Origin: Camelus dromedarius
Taxonomy: Eukaryota
DNA: 64,000 nucleotides
Assembly (NCBI RefSeq): GCF_036321535.1
Contig: NC_087437.1
Span: 20,586,001 to 20,650,000, forward strand
Direction: 5' to 3'
Position 1 is the first letter of the stretch, and every line of letters begins with the position of its first letter. The notes under the pieces were generated by a model. It worked only from the letters and a program-made list of their open reading frames with translations. It did not search any database and was not told the DNA's origin. Below are positions 12,901-25,798 of the stretch, piece by piece. The position numbers and the translations under genes are program-made.

Positions 12901-13861
12901 AAAGTCAGCACGTGCAGCGCCCTTCAGGGCCTTCTCTTTTGCCCAGTTGGAGGAAAGCGGTCAAACTGCACCCTCATTGAAACCCTTTGTCTGTCAGACT
13001 TCTCCTTCAAGGAATTCATGCCAGCCTCAGTCTTTGCTGTTCCAAGAAAAAAAAAAAAAAAGCCAAAACTTGTGTGCAAAGGACCGAATTGGATAAGGAA
13101 AGCATTTTTCTTTATTTTAAAATGAAAAACATATATGGAAACAGTGAGAGAGGAATTATCAGTAAGTTGAGTTCACCCATTGCCTACAGAGGGAAGGAGA
13201 GAGATCACAATGTAAGTTTGCCATGCCCAAAGCTCTGCAAAACCAAGCTAGTGTCAGAAGATTAAAAAGTTGGTCAGTTTCTTGATAGCAGAAATATGAA
13301 TTTTGGTGTGTTTTGTACTGATTCCCCTCATGTCACTGTTCTTGGGAACTCCTATAAGTTCCGTCTTGCAACTGACTGTATCGGCCAAGGGCTGGCTTAG
13401 GACTGTGAGTTTAAAGAGAGTTCCTGCTCATCCATGTGGCTTTTCAGGCTGAGAAGTTGTTAGTGGAAATCTACCACAAAGGCGTATCCTCTCTATTCTT
13501 ACAATGAAGCAAAGCATGATTAGCTTATAATTTCATATCACCCAAAGATTAATTAGCCAACCCAGGTTAATGGGCAAGTGTCTTACAAGAAAAATGTACA
13601 GCACTGGCTTGGCTAGGTGTTTGTGTATAAAATAGAGTTGTGTTGATGGTTGCCACTTCCTTGTTAGATCTCTTAGAGATTTGGAATTTAAGTGTTGAGG
13701 AGCTCAGCGCTTAGCTCTTTTAGCATCAGCAATTTCCCAGGGTCTTCTGCTGCTTTGTCTGTCAAGTGGGGACAATGATACTTGCCCCCAGAGTCTCCCT
13801 GGGGTTCCAGCAGAAGCAGAGAGCAGAAAGCACAGCTCTTTGTGGGACTGCAGAGGTGATG

Positions 13862-14592
13862 TTTGCCGCCGTGCTCCTCCCGCAGTCTTCAACACTAGGG
13901 GGCGCTGGGGAAGTTTGAGCCGTGCTCTTAGTGCTGGGTTGACTGGAGGGGAGTCCTGGCGGGTGTGGCAGGGGTGCACTGTCCCCTACAACGTGTGGGA
14001 CAGTCCCATACAACAAAGCTGTCCTACACCCCACACAAATTCTCCGTGTTCTACCAGAAACTCATGTAGCTGAAGAAAAAAAATACCCTGTTCCTAATTA
14101 GCTCATCCTGGAACTTTGCTTTTTATATAAACGCAAAGTATTTTTGTGTGGTTTTAATACTGTGTTTTCTAGAAATGCATCTAACGGTGTAAATCGAGGT
14201 AAGACTATGCTTTGTTTCATTATGACTGAAACTTTATTGAGAGTTGTTTGCCATTTCAGAATGTCAAAACCACTCCTGTATTTTAATAAAAATACCCGCG
14301 TAAGCCAGCTGCATTGGAGGCTGCCACACGCACGATGATATTATGTATAGGTATTGGCATCTAACGACTGCCTCATTGTGTCTGCTGGTGTAATTGCACC
14401 TGAGCATTTATAAATTGAAATACGTATTTTTACAAATTATTTTTATTCCTCCTAACATAACGTTAGAATTGGGACATTAAATTGATTTGGATATATTGCA
14501 TGTGATTGATTTTTATTTCAGAATGATAAAGGGAACCTTGCAAAATATTTGTCATATAAAAGGAAAGTGTTCTCAGGAAGGCTGATAACCTT
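13862..14592 (+). mobile_element. MER20B-like hAT-Charlie DNA transposon, near full length
   Basis: ctagggggcgctgg...gggacagtcccatacaacaaag...atataaacgcaaagtattttt...gtgtaaatcgagg...tgagcatttataaattgaaatac...caaaatatttgtcat collinear with recalled MER20B consensus. Confidence 0.75.
13880..13908 (+). promoter_or_regulatory. CTCF motif with upstream module
   Basis: CCGCAGTcttcaACACTAGGGGGCGCTG: 13/14 core match plus TGCAGT-like upstream element. Confidence 0.6.
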
Positions 14593-14654
14593 TTCGGGCA
14601 TCACCGAAAATCCAGAATTCTGCACTGCTTCTGCGTTTGATGTTGTTGCTTACA

Positions 14655-15650
14655 TCTATTTGGATTAGGCTCAGCTGCCCTGAACAACATACCCAAATAA
14701 ATGGCTTAAGCAAGACAGAGTTCTGTTTCTCTCTCCCATAAATGAAGTCCAATGATGAGTGTCAAAGAAAAAATTACTCGGGACAGTCGGTTAAGGAAGA
14801 TTCTATTCAAGGGGGGCCACTACACAGGGTTGTGTAGTAGGGGAGAGAGATCCAGTTCAACTCTGAATACAAGGACAAGTGGGGGTTAATAGCCAACAAG
14901 CAGTGTTGTTGGGGGGGGGGGTCAGTGGATAGAAAATTATTAAAAACAAACATCAGGGTTAAAGGAGGATTCTGGCTAAAACGGCCTAAGGGGCTTCCTG
15001 CTGAAGGCAGGCCAGTGTGATCAGACATCACCTAGAGGATAGTGGAGATGAGGAAGCTGATCTGATATCAAGAGTGATCAGATATTGATGGGGTGGGAGG
15101 GGTCTGCTAAACTGATTTAGCAGGATCTTGCTAAAACTGGACAATGCAGAGATGAACACAGAAGCTCAAAAGTCAGGGCCTAGTTGAGAAGAGAGTTCAG
15201 GGGAGCCTGAATAGAATCATTCGAGGAGAGACTCTTGAGCACAGGCAGTCCAGCCTGGCATGGCCGTTCCTCACCTTCAGGGACCCAGGCTCCTTCTGTC
15301 TTTTTGTTCCCCAATCCTCAGTGCCAGGCTTCCATGTTCAACACCATTTTATGATCCAGGATGACAATGGAGCTCTAGTCGTCTTGGCCACGATGTAAGC
15401 AGGAAGCTAGGAGCAAGGAGGGCAATGGGTCCCCTGCAGTTGTCTGTCCCCTTATAAGAAGCTTACCCAGAAGTCACGGCCAACAACTTCTGCTGACATC
15501 TCATTGGCTGCCCCTAACTGTGAGGGAGGCTGGGAAATGTAGCCTCTCAAGTGTGCCCATTGCTCTCCAGAATAAAAGCAGAGATTCAATAATAAGAAAG
15601 AAAGGGAGGTTGGATATTAGATTGGCATTTAGCAATTTCAGTTGCTGCTG
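14655..15650. mobile_element. MLT1J/K-like LTR, split by MER31
   Basis: aaataaatggcttaagcaagacagag ... ttcagggacccaggctccttc ... acttctgctgacatctcattggc...gggaggctgggaaatgtagcct. Confidence 0.65.
14760..15241 (-). mobile_element. MER31-like ERV1 solo LTR
   Basis: TG...CA ends; gaaggcaggccagtgtgatcagacatcacct, ctaaactgatttagcaggatcttgcta, gcctagttgagaagagagttcaggggagcctga match recalled MER31. Confidence 0.75.
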
Positions 15651-15714
15651 CTAGTGTTTTTGGTATTGTACCAGTACCTCCCTCCCCAGGCATAGGGAGC
15701 TTCATTATTCATTA

Positions 15715-15895
15715 TGAAGTCCAAGAGGCCTGGGTCACATTGTAGCCCATACACTTACATATCATGTGGTGACCTCAACCACGTGACTTAACCTCTTTGA
15801 GCCTCATTTTCCTCATCTGTACAGTGAGGACAGAAATGGTACTTAGCTCCTAGGGCGGATGTGAGATTTACATTGTTTGTAAAGTCCTTACCAAA
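15715..15895 (+). mobile_element. MIR SINE
   Basis: gacttaacctctttgagcctcattttcctcatctgtaca (MIR core). Confidence 0.75.
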
Positions 15896-16444
15896 GCCCT
15901 TAGGGGCACCCACCTCTCCTGTCCCACACAGACATGGTTACAGAACAGCACTGTTAGATCCTCCATGAGGAAGCCTGGCACGCTTTGTCTGAGACATCAG
16001 CTTGGTGAGCAGAGGATGCAGGTCTCCAGGAAAACCCCCCCGCCTCACACCTGTCAGATCTTGGCCAGTTGCTCTGCGGGAAGGATGCGGAGACAGCTGG
16101 GCTTGGTTTTTCTGGGCTTTTCTCCATGGTCCTTTCCGGCAAGGCCAGCCAGAGGCCAACATCTTGAAAGCAGTGAGGTTTCTCTGCAGCATCTGTCTCT
16201 CCTGGCTGCACCAGAAAAGATCTGACCAGCGATTGTGGGAACTGCTTGTCTGCATCACTTCCAGAGGAGAAGGGCTTTTTAAATGCTTGTGTTCTTTTAA
16301 GCACCATTTACCACCGAAAGGAACCAGGGCTCCTTGGGAAAATGACAGACTCCAGGCTAGGGCAGGATGTAGCCAAGATAAGCCTGGGACATCTTGTGCC
16401 AGAAAATAAGGAAGCTCTCAGGACTCCCTGGTTCCTGTGGAAAG

Positions 16445-17440
16445 GATGTAGAATCCACTTGAAAGGGCTCTGTGGCCAGAGATGAGACAGTCTGAGCATC
16501 GAAAAGAATAATGAAGATAATTTATTGAAATATCATGTATGCTTTAAATCCTCTTTAAATGATACTTGTGAAAAATATATTGGGATTTTTTTTGTTTGTT
16601 TAATTTTGGTAGGCAATAAATCTTTATTCTGAAAACAGGTACATGAAGGGAAAGAAACAAGCACGTATCCTGTCTTTACTGGATGGATTATATTTCAGAG
16701 CAATCGAAGAGATGATGGGGAAAAGTTTATAGAAGAATCATGGCGAATAAAAGAAAGAAACATGATTAAATTAGAAAACCACCATTTTGTCACTCCTATT
16801 GAAATAATGGATCTAAGCCACAATCATCAATGCTGTTAAAACCATGAAGTGAAAGGTGAGGGGGCATTATGATGGATAATGAACCCCCTGGTCCATTTTA
16901 ACATCTCCCAAAATTCAGCATCCAGACGGGATGTGACCCAGGTACGATGTCATGGAACGTCCATGCCACACTGTGAAGTATTCTTACCCCTAAAATTGAC
17001 CCTGAATCAAACCACACTTCTAGACCTTCCTACCGCTTTACAGAGAGTACGAGGGATAGAGGAACATTTTAAGAGGCACTGGGAGGATACCACCTGCCAA
17101 GGCTGGAAATTCTACAGGATAAATGACTCTGTTTCTCCAATAAATAAATGATGTGGGGTAAAGAATGAAAGAAGCTAGTATTATAGATTAAAATAAATTT
17201 AAAATACACTGAGACACATAAGCTATGTGCAAAAGGAACCTAACTGGATTCTGATTTGAACTAACCAACTATAAAGAGACATTTTAACACAACTAGGGAA
17301 CCATGAACATGGATTGGGTATTCGATTTTAAGAAATCACTGTAATTTTGTTATGTGTGATAATGGTATTATGGTAATGTTTTTTACAATCCCTTATCTGA
17401 GGATAAAATGATAATGTGTCTAGAATTTACTTTAGAATGA
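16445..17440 (+). mobile_element. L1MC-type 3' UTR fragment
   Basis: tgagcatcgaaaagaataatga, attagaaaaccaccattttg, ttttgttatgtgtgataatggtattatggtaatg. Confidence 0.6.
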
Positions 17441-19184
17441 ACCCCCCCCCCCCAAAAAAAAAGGCCAAGAAGCCAGCAGAAGCCCCAGGACTGAGTCTCC
17501 GTGGCTGATCTGGGTCACCTGCACACCCCTGAGCCCATTGCTGTGTCCTAGGGACTGACGGTGGTGAGAGGCTCAGCTGGGTCAAGTGCCCATACCGGGA
17601 GCCAGGTAGCCTCACCTGAGTCACGGCCGACTGTGAGTGGGACCAGGGTTGCTACTAGCCAAAGAAGGGGGCTCGATCTTTGGCAGAGAAGACACACAGA
17701 TATCCCTTCATCATGTCACCAGCTCCAGCCCCCATTCCTCATCAGTAAAATGGAGGTGATGCTGCTTTCTTGAGGAGTCAATGGGGGCTGCAAAATCCTG
17801 GCACTCAATAATATGATAGACCTCGCTGTCTCACCTCCACTCCCTCTAATGGCTCTATTTCTCTTCCTTTTCATGGAGACAGAGCTTGTGCTGGAGGCAC
17901 CCCTCGAGTCTGCTTGTGTGTGCTGCACGACAGCCACCTCGAGTCACCACGCTTCCTCCTCAGTGGTACCAGGGAGCCCTGGAATTGGCAAAAACCCCAG
18001 GAGGAGCGCCACACAGTCATTGGTCAGACCACCTCCAGGTGTTTGCAAAATGTGTTCAGTGGAGCCGGCGGTAGTTCAGATTGCTTGTGCTTCAGCACAA
18101 CTGTGTGCGGTCAAAACGCTCTCTTTTGGAAAACAATGATTTTAAACATCTGAAAACACACATTTTATTGTGATATGAATACCTTTAGTCAAGAAATCTG
18201 GTAACTTGATTCATTTTTCCCCATTGAGAATTCTGATATTTCCTGGCTTTTGATAACACAGGTTGAGGAATTTTTAGTGTTTTATCTTTCTGACTGAGGT
18301 TAGAAGTCGTGCAAGGGGCCAAGAGCTCCATGTTTATCATAGAGAAAGAATCCAGTGAGGTAGATCAAGAATATAGGACTTGGAAACAGACTGCTTGTTT
18401 TAAATCCTGACTTGTGACCTTGGACAGTCATTTATTTCTTAGACCCAGTTTCTTCATCTGTAAAATGGGGGTTAAAATTTGGCTGTGACTTAAATGAAGA
18501 AACTGGTGGGGTCAGGCCCAGGCAGGCCAACACAGGGGGGCAGCCCCCTGCCCCTGTCAGGATGGTCTGAGGCAGAGGGTCAGGTGGGGGCCTTCGGTGG
18601 GGACTGCCCTGGGGCCTTCACCCCTTTGTCTTTCCCCTTTGTTCGCCATCTGTCTGGCCAGGGTGCCGCCAGCCAGCTGGGCCCCACCAGCTCCCCTCCC
18701 CCAGCCTGGGGCTGCCCTGGGCCTCCCTCAGAACAATGAAGGGGATGCCTTCCGAGGCCTGGGTCAGGCCTTTGCTTTGTGTCCGCCTGGCAACCTCTCT
18801 CCCTCCCAGCCAAGCCCAGATGGGCCCGAGGCTGAGGCCCTTGTCGGGGACACCAAAGGGGGGCTTTGTGGACAGGAATGTGGGGGACATAGGACAGGGA
18901 TGGCCACAGCACCGCGGCCTCCCAGACTCCCTGTTCACCCAGGCCTTGATTTCCTTAGCAGGGATGGTTCTGAGCTTGTGTGGAGACCCGGCAGGCCTAG
19001 AGGCATAAGTGTGTCTGGATTTATGAGAACTTTATGCAAAGTTAATTCTGTCTCCTGGGAACTATTCTTTCTTCCTCCCATTCGGACAGCACCGCCTTCA
19101 GTTGTGTTCAGGTGGCATTTATTAAGGAAATTCTCTCTCTCCTATAATTGCCGTGCAATGACTCTGTGGATTTTTTTTCTTTTC

Positions 19185-19920
19185 CAGTTTTATTGAGCTA
19201 TTGACATATATCATGTGTAAATTTAGGATATACAATTTGATGATTTGATACACACATATACTGCAAAATGATTCCACAATGAGGTTACTTAATACCTCCA
19301 TTCTCTCACATAATTCCATGTGTGTGTGGTGATAACATTTAAGAGCTATCAATTCTCTTAACAGCTATCAGTTGTATAATACAATATTTTAACTATAATC
19401 ACCATGCTGTACACTAGGTCTCCAGAACTCATCTTATAGCTGGAAGTTTGTACTCTCCATTACCCCCAACCCCCAGGCCCTGGAACCACCATGCTATTCT
19501 CTATTTCTGAGTTCAGCTTTTTTAGATTCTACATATAGGTGAGAATGCACAGGTTGTCTTTCTCTGACTTATTTCACTTAATCTACTGCCCTCAAGATCC
19601 ATCCAAGTTGTTGCAAGTGGCAGGATTTCCTTCTTTTTTATGGCTGAATAACATTCCATTTTCTTTATCCGTTCATTGGTCAGTGGACACATCAGTTGTT
19701 CCTACATCTTGGCTATTGTCAATAGTGCAATAGTGAACATGGGGTGAAGGTATCTCTTCAAAATAATGATTGGTTTTCCTTTGGATATATATCCAGCAGT
19801 GGAATTTCTAGATCATATGGTAGTTCTATTTTGAATTTTTTGAGGAAACTCCATACTGTTTTCCATAGTGGTTGCACCAATTTACATTCCTAGCAACAGT
19901 GAACAAGTGTTCCCTTTTCT
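19185..19920 (-). mobile_element. L1MA9-like 3' end, 5'-truncated
   Basis: cagttttattgagctattgacatata...; ttttgaggaaactccatactgttttccatagtggttgcaccaatttacattcc. Confidence 0.85.
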
Positions 19921-20254
19921 TTGGTGGATTTTTTCTGAGTTAGACTCAAGCACAGGGAAACTTCATAGGCTAAGGGTGTGTGATTATGTGCAGGGGGCCA
20001 GAAGGAGGGAGTAGGGGATGGGAAGTAGATAAAACAAAGAAGAAAAAGAACAGTTTCAAATAATTGGTGGGGAGGATAGTTCCATTTTTAACTATATACA
20101 TAACATCAGGCTTTGAATGTTTAGGTTTTAGTATTTAAAAATAAAATGAGTGAGGAAAGACACTCCCAATAAAAAAAATCACAATGAAGCAGATTTGTCT
20201 TCACAGAGAAGGAAATCAAATGAGTTCCTTGTAGAAGAATTTTATCTTCGTTGT

Positions 20255-20410
20255 GCATTTGATCATCATAAATAGCCCTAGGAGGCAGGTAGTGTTATCA
20301 CAGCAAAGCTTAAGAAATGAAAGCTCAGAGAAGGTAAGTGACTTGCCTAAAGTCACACAGCTGGCAAGTGGAGGCCAACTCAGACCTCAGTTTCTCTAGT
20401 TCCAAAATCT
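20255..20410 (-). mobile_element. MIR SINE
   Basis: gaaatgaaagctcagagaaggtaagtgacttgcctaaagtcacacagctgg. Confidence 0.7.
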
Positions 20411-20986
20411 GCACCCCTTTAGTGCTCCCCATCTCCTTTGAGACATCCGATATCCTTTGAGCAAGGTGCTGTCCTTGCTTGCTTTGATGGCAGTGAGGAA
20501 GACTCTTCCAGGCAGGAGTCTCCTTCCCTGTAAAGTGAGGATTTCTCATCCCACTGCCCAGGGCAATCCTAAGGCTTAAGTGAGATATTAGATATGGAGG
20601 AATTCTTAAAGAGCAGCTGTTCTCTGTACAGGTGCTGCTGTTTATCCCGAGAGCCCTGTTATTTTTTTTTTAATTGGATGCATTTGCAGTCCGGGCATGC
20701 TCCACCGTGGCTCAGGGCTCTCCCCTGATAGACGAATGGAGAAATACAGCAGTTCTGGCCAGAGAGCAGGTGGCTGACTGTGATGGTCCTGAAAAAGAAG
20801 GGATGAAGATGAAGAGGCAGAGGCAGCCCTGGCAAGGGCAGGAGGGATGATGAGCATCCTAGAGGCAGAGCCGGGGAGGAGGCCTGACAGCAGAAGGGAA
20901 AAATGCATACACAAATGAAAGAAAGCAAGCCACGGGAAAGAAACCATCTTATTATCCTCACCTTCCAGCGACCTTGGATGCCCACA

Positions 20987-21023
20987 ACACACACATGCAC
21001 GCACACACACACACACACACACC
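20987..21023. repeat. Interrupted (CA)n microsatellite
   Basis: Read directly. Confidence 0.9.
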
Positions 21024-21169
21024 TCCCACTGGGTGCCCCCATTCAGCTATGGCCCAGTGCTTTTTCCAGCCCACCCTCCTAAATGATGAAGGTCTCCCAG
21101 ACCCAACTTTAAAACCCTTAAGTATAAAAAAAAAAGTAATTTATACTTCTATTAACATTCTATATTTTT

Positions 21170-22760
21170 GTACTATACAGATTTTATTGCCCATTTTTTA
21201 AACTGACTTATTTATTTTCTTATTACTGATCTGTGAGAGTTTTTCATAAATTCTGGATACAAGTCCCTGATCAGATATGTGTTCTGCACATTTTTCTCCC
21301 CAGTGTGGCTTGTCTTCTCATAATCTTAACTGTCATTCAAAGAAAGGAAAATTTTCATTTTGAAGAAGTCCAATTTACAAATTTTCTTGTAAGGTTCAGG
21401 CTTTTTGTGTCCCCTTTTAAGAAATCTTGGCCTAGAGGTTAGATCAGAAAGATTTCACATGAACTCTGATTCATTCTGAATTAATTTTTGTACATGGTGC
21501 AAGTTTAAGATCAAGGTTCTTCTTCTTCTTCTTCTTTTTTTTTTTTTTTTTTTGAAAAGACTGTGTTTTCTCCATTGAATTACCTTAGTAAATTTGTTGA
21601 AGAATAATTGACTGTATATGAGTGGGTCTAGTTCTGGGCTTTGCTTTGTTCCAATGATCTATGTCTCTATGATCTGTATGTGTGTCAATGCCACACTGTC
21701 TTGATTATTATAGCTTTATAGAAAGTTATGAAACCAGGTAACATGAGTCCTTTAACTTATTCTTCCTTTTCAGATGGGTTGGCTAATACAGATTCTTTGT
21801 TTTACCATTTGAATTTAGAATCCGCTTGTCAATTTTAAAAAGCCTCCTGGAATATTGATTGGGATTGTATTGAGTCTAGACATCAGTTTGGCAGAGTTGA
21901 ATCTTGGTAATGAGTCTTCTAATTTATGAATATGGTGTATCTGTCTACTTCTTTAAGTCCTCTTTGACTTCTCTCATCCAAATCTTGTACACACTTTAAA
22001 ATTTTTATCCCTATGTACTTTATGGCTTTTTATATTAAGACTTTGTGTTTTCTGATATCGCTTATCTCACTTAGTCTTAACAGATTTTCTTCTGTTGATT
22101 CTTTGGAAGTTTTTACCTAGATGATCATTTTGTTGGCGAATAAAGATAGTTTTATTTCTTTCTTTCCCATTTAAATGCCTTTCATTTTTGTTTCTTGCCT
22201 CATTGCTCTTGCTAGGGTGTACAGTATGATGTTGGTTGGAGTGATGAGAGTGGACATTCTTGTTTCCATTCTTTAGGGAAAGCCTTTAATCTTTTACCAA
22301 CATGTATGAGATTTTTAGCTGTAGTTTTTTAGTAGGTAGCATTTCTGAGGTTGAGAAATTTCCCTCTGTCTCCTTCTAATTCTTAGTTTGCTGAGAGTTT
22401 TTATCATAAATGAAAATTGATTTTTCAAATGCCTTTTTTTGTATCTATTAATATGATCACATAGTTTTTTCTTTAGCCTGTTGACATTGAGAATTACACC
22501 AATTGACTCTTGAATGTTCAGCCAATCTTGCATTCCTGGGATAAACCTCACTTGGTTGTGATGTATTCTGTTCTTTAATAGTCTGTTGGATTTCATTTTC
22601 TAAATTTTTAAAGAAATGTTTGTATCTATGTTCATATTAGTCTGTGGTTTGCTTTTCTTGCCATGTCTTTGGCTTTGGTATCCGGGTGATGCTGGCTTTA
22701 TAGAATGAGTTGGAAAGTGCTCCTCACTCTTCTATTTCCTGGAAGAGTTTGTGTAGACTT
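21170..22760 (-). mobile_element. Old L1 ORF2 (RT region) fragment
   Basis: ORF 22315..22596(-) contains IHHNQVRFIPGMQDWLNIQESIGVI, homologous to L1 ORF2p [25 protein letters not shown]. Confidence 0.85.
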
Positions 22761-23421
22761 ACAGTATAGAATCGTAATTATAAAAGCTACTTTAAAATCC
22801 TTATATGCTCATTTGAACATCTGAGTCATCTCAGTTTTATTTTAATTTATCTTAATTTTCTTTTTTCTTGAGGATGGGTTAAATTCTCCTGATCTTTGTA
22901 TTTCAAATAAATTTGAATTGTATCCCCAACATTGTGCATCTCATTTTCTAGAGATTCAAGATTCTAGTTTGGAAGTTTATTCACTTGTTTCTTAGCAGGT
23001 AATTACCTTTGTTGGATTTCAACTACAAATTCTCTCTTGAGTAGCAGCTCAAACCTTGGTTCACCTCATTTTTCCCTTAAGGAGGCTGCTCACAGTCTGC
23101 CCAAGGCATGCATGGGTCAGTGGTTCCAGAGATGTGAGTGGAGATTATGCACTGAATTTGGAACTTCCTCTCTCTGGCTCTCTCCTTTACAGGATCTGCC
23201 TTCACTTTTCAGTGGCTACCTTTGCCTTGAACTCTGTCCTCTACTTTTTCAGACCAAAAAGCAAGCTTTTCCAGCAGAGACTTACCTGCTGACTTAGGCT
23301 TTCTTTGACACTAAAAGCCATACTTGTAAGTAACTCGCCCTGTGTCATTCATTTTTTCCAAGTATAGACGTCTCCCAGAATCTGCCTGCTTTTGTTCATT
23401 GTTCAGCGTCTTCAGGTTTTT

Positions 23422-23453
23422 TTTGTTTGTTTGTTTGTTTGTTTGTTTGTTTG
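23422..23453. repeat. (TTTG)8 microsatellite
   Basis: Read directly. Confidence 0.9.
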
Positions 23454-23904
23454 GTATATTTATCCAAAGTTTTCATTGTTTTCTCTGGGAGGATCAGGTC
23501 CTTTGGCCATATTGGCAATGGAAGTATCCTTTACCTTTGTTTGGTCTATATAGTTGTTCCTTTTAAAATTTATTTTAAGCTTTCTTACATATGTGTGACA
23601 AAATGTTGTCCAATGTAAAATGAGCTTTTATTTTGTTGAATTCCAAAGACCATGACATCAACAAAAATCTAAGATTATTAAAATGAAGGCTGTTGACACC
23701 CTTCCTCATTCTCCACAAGACAGTGTTCATTCTTGGGTGTTCTGACAGCATGGAGGGAAAGCCCTTTGTGAAGTGATTTTCTGTGATGAAGGTGAAGTTG
23801 TTAGCTCAGAATAAGGGGGTGGGAAGAACAGAAGAGGAATCACTGGATAAACAATGCCCTGTACCTCCACAGGGGAGACTTCCCCCCCACTTCCTCTGTA
23901 GGTG

Positions 23905-24480
23905 ATTCATTTACTCATTAAATATTGACATAGCACCTACTATGTGTCAGACACGGCTCTGGATGACAGGAATATGATTTTCAGCAATTTACTAAGGGAA
24001 CCAGGCATGAAACAACCCACAGGTACAGAATTTTAAGCTGTGATGAGTGCCACACTTTAAAAGCATAGGGAGTTTTAAGAGTGAGTAACAGTGGAGTCCG
24101 GCTCAGCCTGAGAGGTCAGGGAAAGCCTCCCTTAGGAGCGAGAAATCATCGGAAAGAGAAGTAAAATTTAATGAAGTGACATACAACCTGCCAAATGAAA
24201 ACCCAACAGCAAATACTTTAAAAAAAAAAAAAAAAGAAGAAGAAGAAGAAGAAGTTAATGAAGTATGTGTGCTCATGGGGGTAGTTCCAGGCAGAAGGAA
24301 CAGCATGTGTGAAGACTCAGAGACGGGAGGGAGCATTGGAAATGTGCAGCCCTGAGAGACCAGTGAGCTAGAGCGTGGAGGACAGGAGGGCACGGAACAC
24401 GAGACGAAGCCTTTCAGCATCATGGAAGGGCCTGATCATGTGAACTTTGTGGTCCAGTTTAGGAATTTGGTTTTCCTTCT
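23905..24480 (-). mobile_element. L2 LINE 3' fragment (probably continues at ~26140-26640)
   Basis: ttcatttactcattaaatattg...agcacctactatgtgtcagacac; ttccaggcagaaggaacagcatgtgtgaagac. Confidence 0.7.
24163..24264 (+). pseudogene. Very short poly(A)-tailed retroposed insertion of unknown source, with TSD
   Basis: TTAATGAAGT at 24168-24177 and 24255-24264 flanks a 42-nt body plus A16(GAA)n tail. Confidence 0.6.
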
Positions 24481-25124
24481 CCTCCCTTTTCCCAGCCTCC
24501 TTCCCTTCTCACCCCTTCCTTAAATGGTGATGAAAATAACTCATGGACTGTATTCAAAGAAAACTTAGTGTCCTCCCCCATCCCTGTCCCACTCCATGAA
24601 GATAACCACTGTCAGACTTTCTCATATATGCTTCCAGAAGTATTTCACAAACACACACACACGTGTATGCATATATAGCTTCTTCTAAAAGGCAGCTAGT
24701 GTGAGAGTGGACGGAGGATGCGGTTCTATGCATGGTGTTTTGGACCTTCACTTGTTCCTTTGACAATACACTTGAAAATGCAAGACAATAGAGACTTTTC
24801 AACATCGGCGTAGTTGGATATACATCATTTATTTCAAGGGCTGCCCAGTACCCCAATGCGTGGACATGCCATTATGTATTTAACTCAATCTCTGATTGAC
24901 AGATACTTTCAGTTCTTTCCATTTTTTTTTATTGTTATAGTGTAGCCAGGAACACTCTTATAAAGATATTTGCGGGCACATGTGTGAGTATATGTGCAGG
25001 ATAAATTCACTTCAGTGGAATTTCTTGGTGAAAAGCATGCACCTATATAATTTTGAGTGGTATGGCCTAATTGTCCTCCAGAGATGTTTGTCCAGGGCCC
25101 CTTCACCATCAAAATGTTCTATAG

Positions 25125-25545
25125 ACATGGCTTATCATCAGGGGCCTAGGAAAATGGGCACTCAACAGTATGGATTAATTTCCTGACACAAAGGGAAACT
25201 GCAAATTTGAGATAAATAAATTTTTCATTAAATATCTCTACAATGTATTATTTGTATTCTTCATGAAAAGTTCATTATATTTGAAAACAATTTGTAGTTT
25301 ATGTATTTGGCTCATTTTGTGAGAATTCGCAAGTTATGTATAATGTTGAGAAATCAGATGTCATGAATTAAATAGCCCGTCATAAGAATTACTTACAGCC
25401 AAGTAATTTCAAAAGCAAAATTATAAAAATGCTTTCAGTATTTCAGTATCAGCAAAAATTATGCTTTAATATAGGACATATGAGTATTTTAGTATATTTC
25501 ATATGATGTAGGGCATGGCTTCTGACAGTAAGGGTGCCTGAGATC
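25125..25545. mobile_element. hAT-Tip100 (Zaphod-like) DNA transposon relic
   Basis: caggggcctaggaaaatg ... aagaattacttacagccaagtaatttcaaaagcaaaattataaaaat ... agtaagggtgcct resembles recalled Zaphod-type consensus. Confidence 0.5.
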
Positions 25546-25651
25546 TGTAACCATGATTATACAAACCTTATAGGAAATTGCCTGTGTCTTTATATCTTCA
25601 TCAACATTGTGTGTTTTCAAAATTTTTAATCTATGCCAACCTGATAGGCAA

Positions 25652-25798
25652 CTTTTTTGTTTGTTTCTTTAAAAAAAAATTTAGTAGGGGAAGGTAATTG
25701 GGTTTACTTACTTACTTTTAGAGGAGGTGCTGGGGATTGAACCCAGGACCTTATGTATGCTAAGCATGTGCTCTAGCACTTGAGCTATACCCTCCCCC
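25652..25798 (-). mobile_element. tRNA-Ala-derived SINE, Vic-1-like (camelid)
   Basis: Minus strand GGGGAGGGTATAGCTCAAGTGCTAGAGCACATGCTTAGCAT...GGGTTCAATCCCCAGCACCTCC: A box, B box, AGC anticodon-like loop, A-rich tail. Confidence 0.8.

Noticed and set aside
14819..14838. Hairpin ACTACACA-GGGT-TGTGTAGT
   Set aside because: An 8-bp stem inside a decayed LTR is expected by chance in 64 kb
18597..19196. 199-aa ORF, and similar ones at 37416-37973 and 60109-60639
   Set aside because: GC-rich or L2-derived sequence, no domain similarity, no supporting splice structure
21517..24253. (TTC)6T19 at 21517-21553 is the reverse complement of A16(GAA)6 at 24220-24253
   Set aside because: Simple-sequence convergence from poly(A)-derived slippage; flanks share no similarity
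25720..25798. Possible tRNA-Ala genes here and at ~33185-33260
   Set aside because: They carry a shared SINE body and A-rich tail, with a TSD at the second copy, and the stems are broken; these are SINEs
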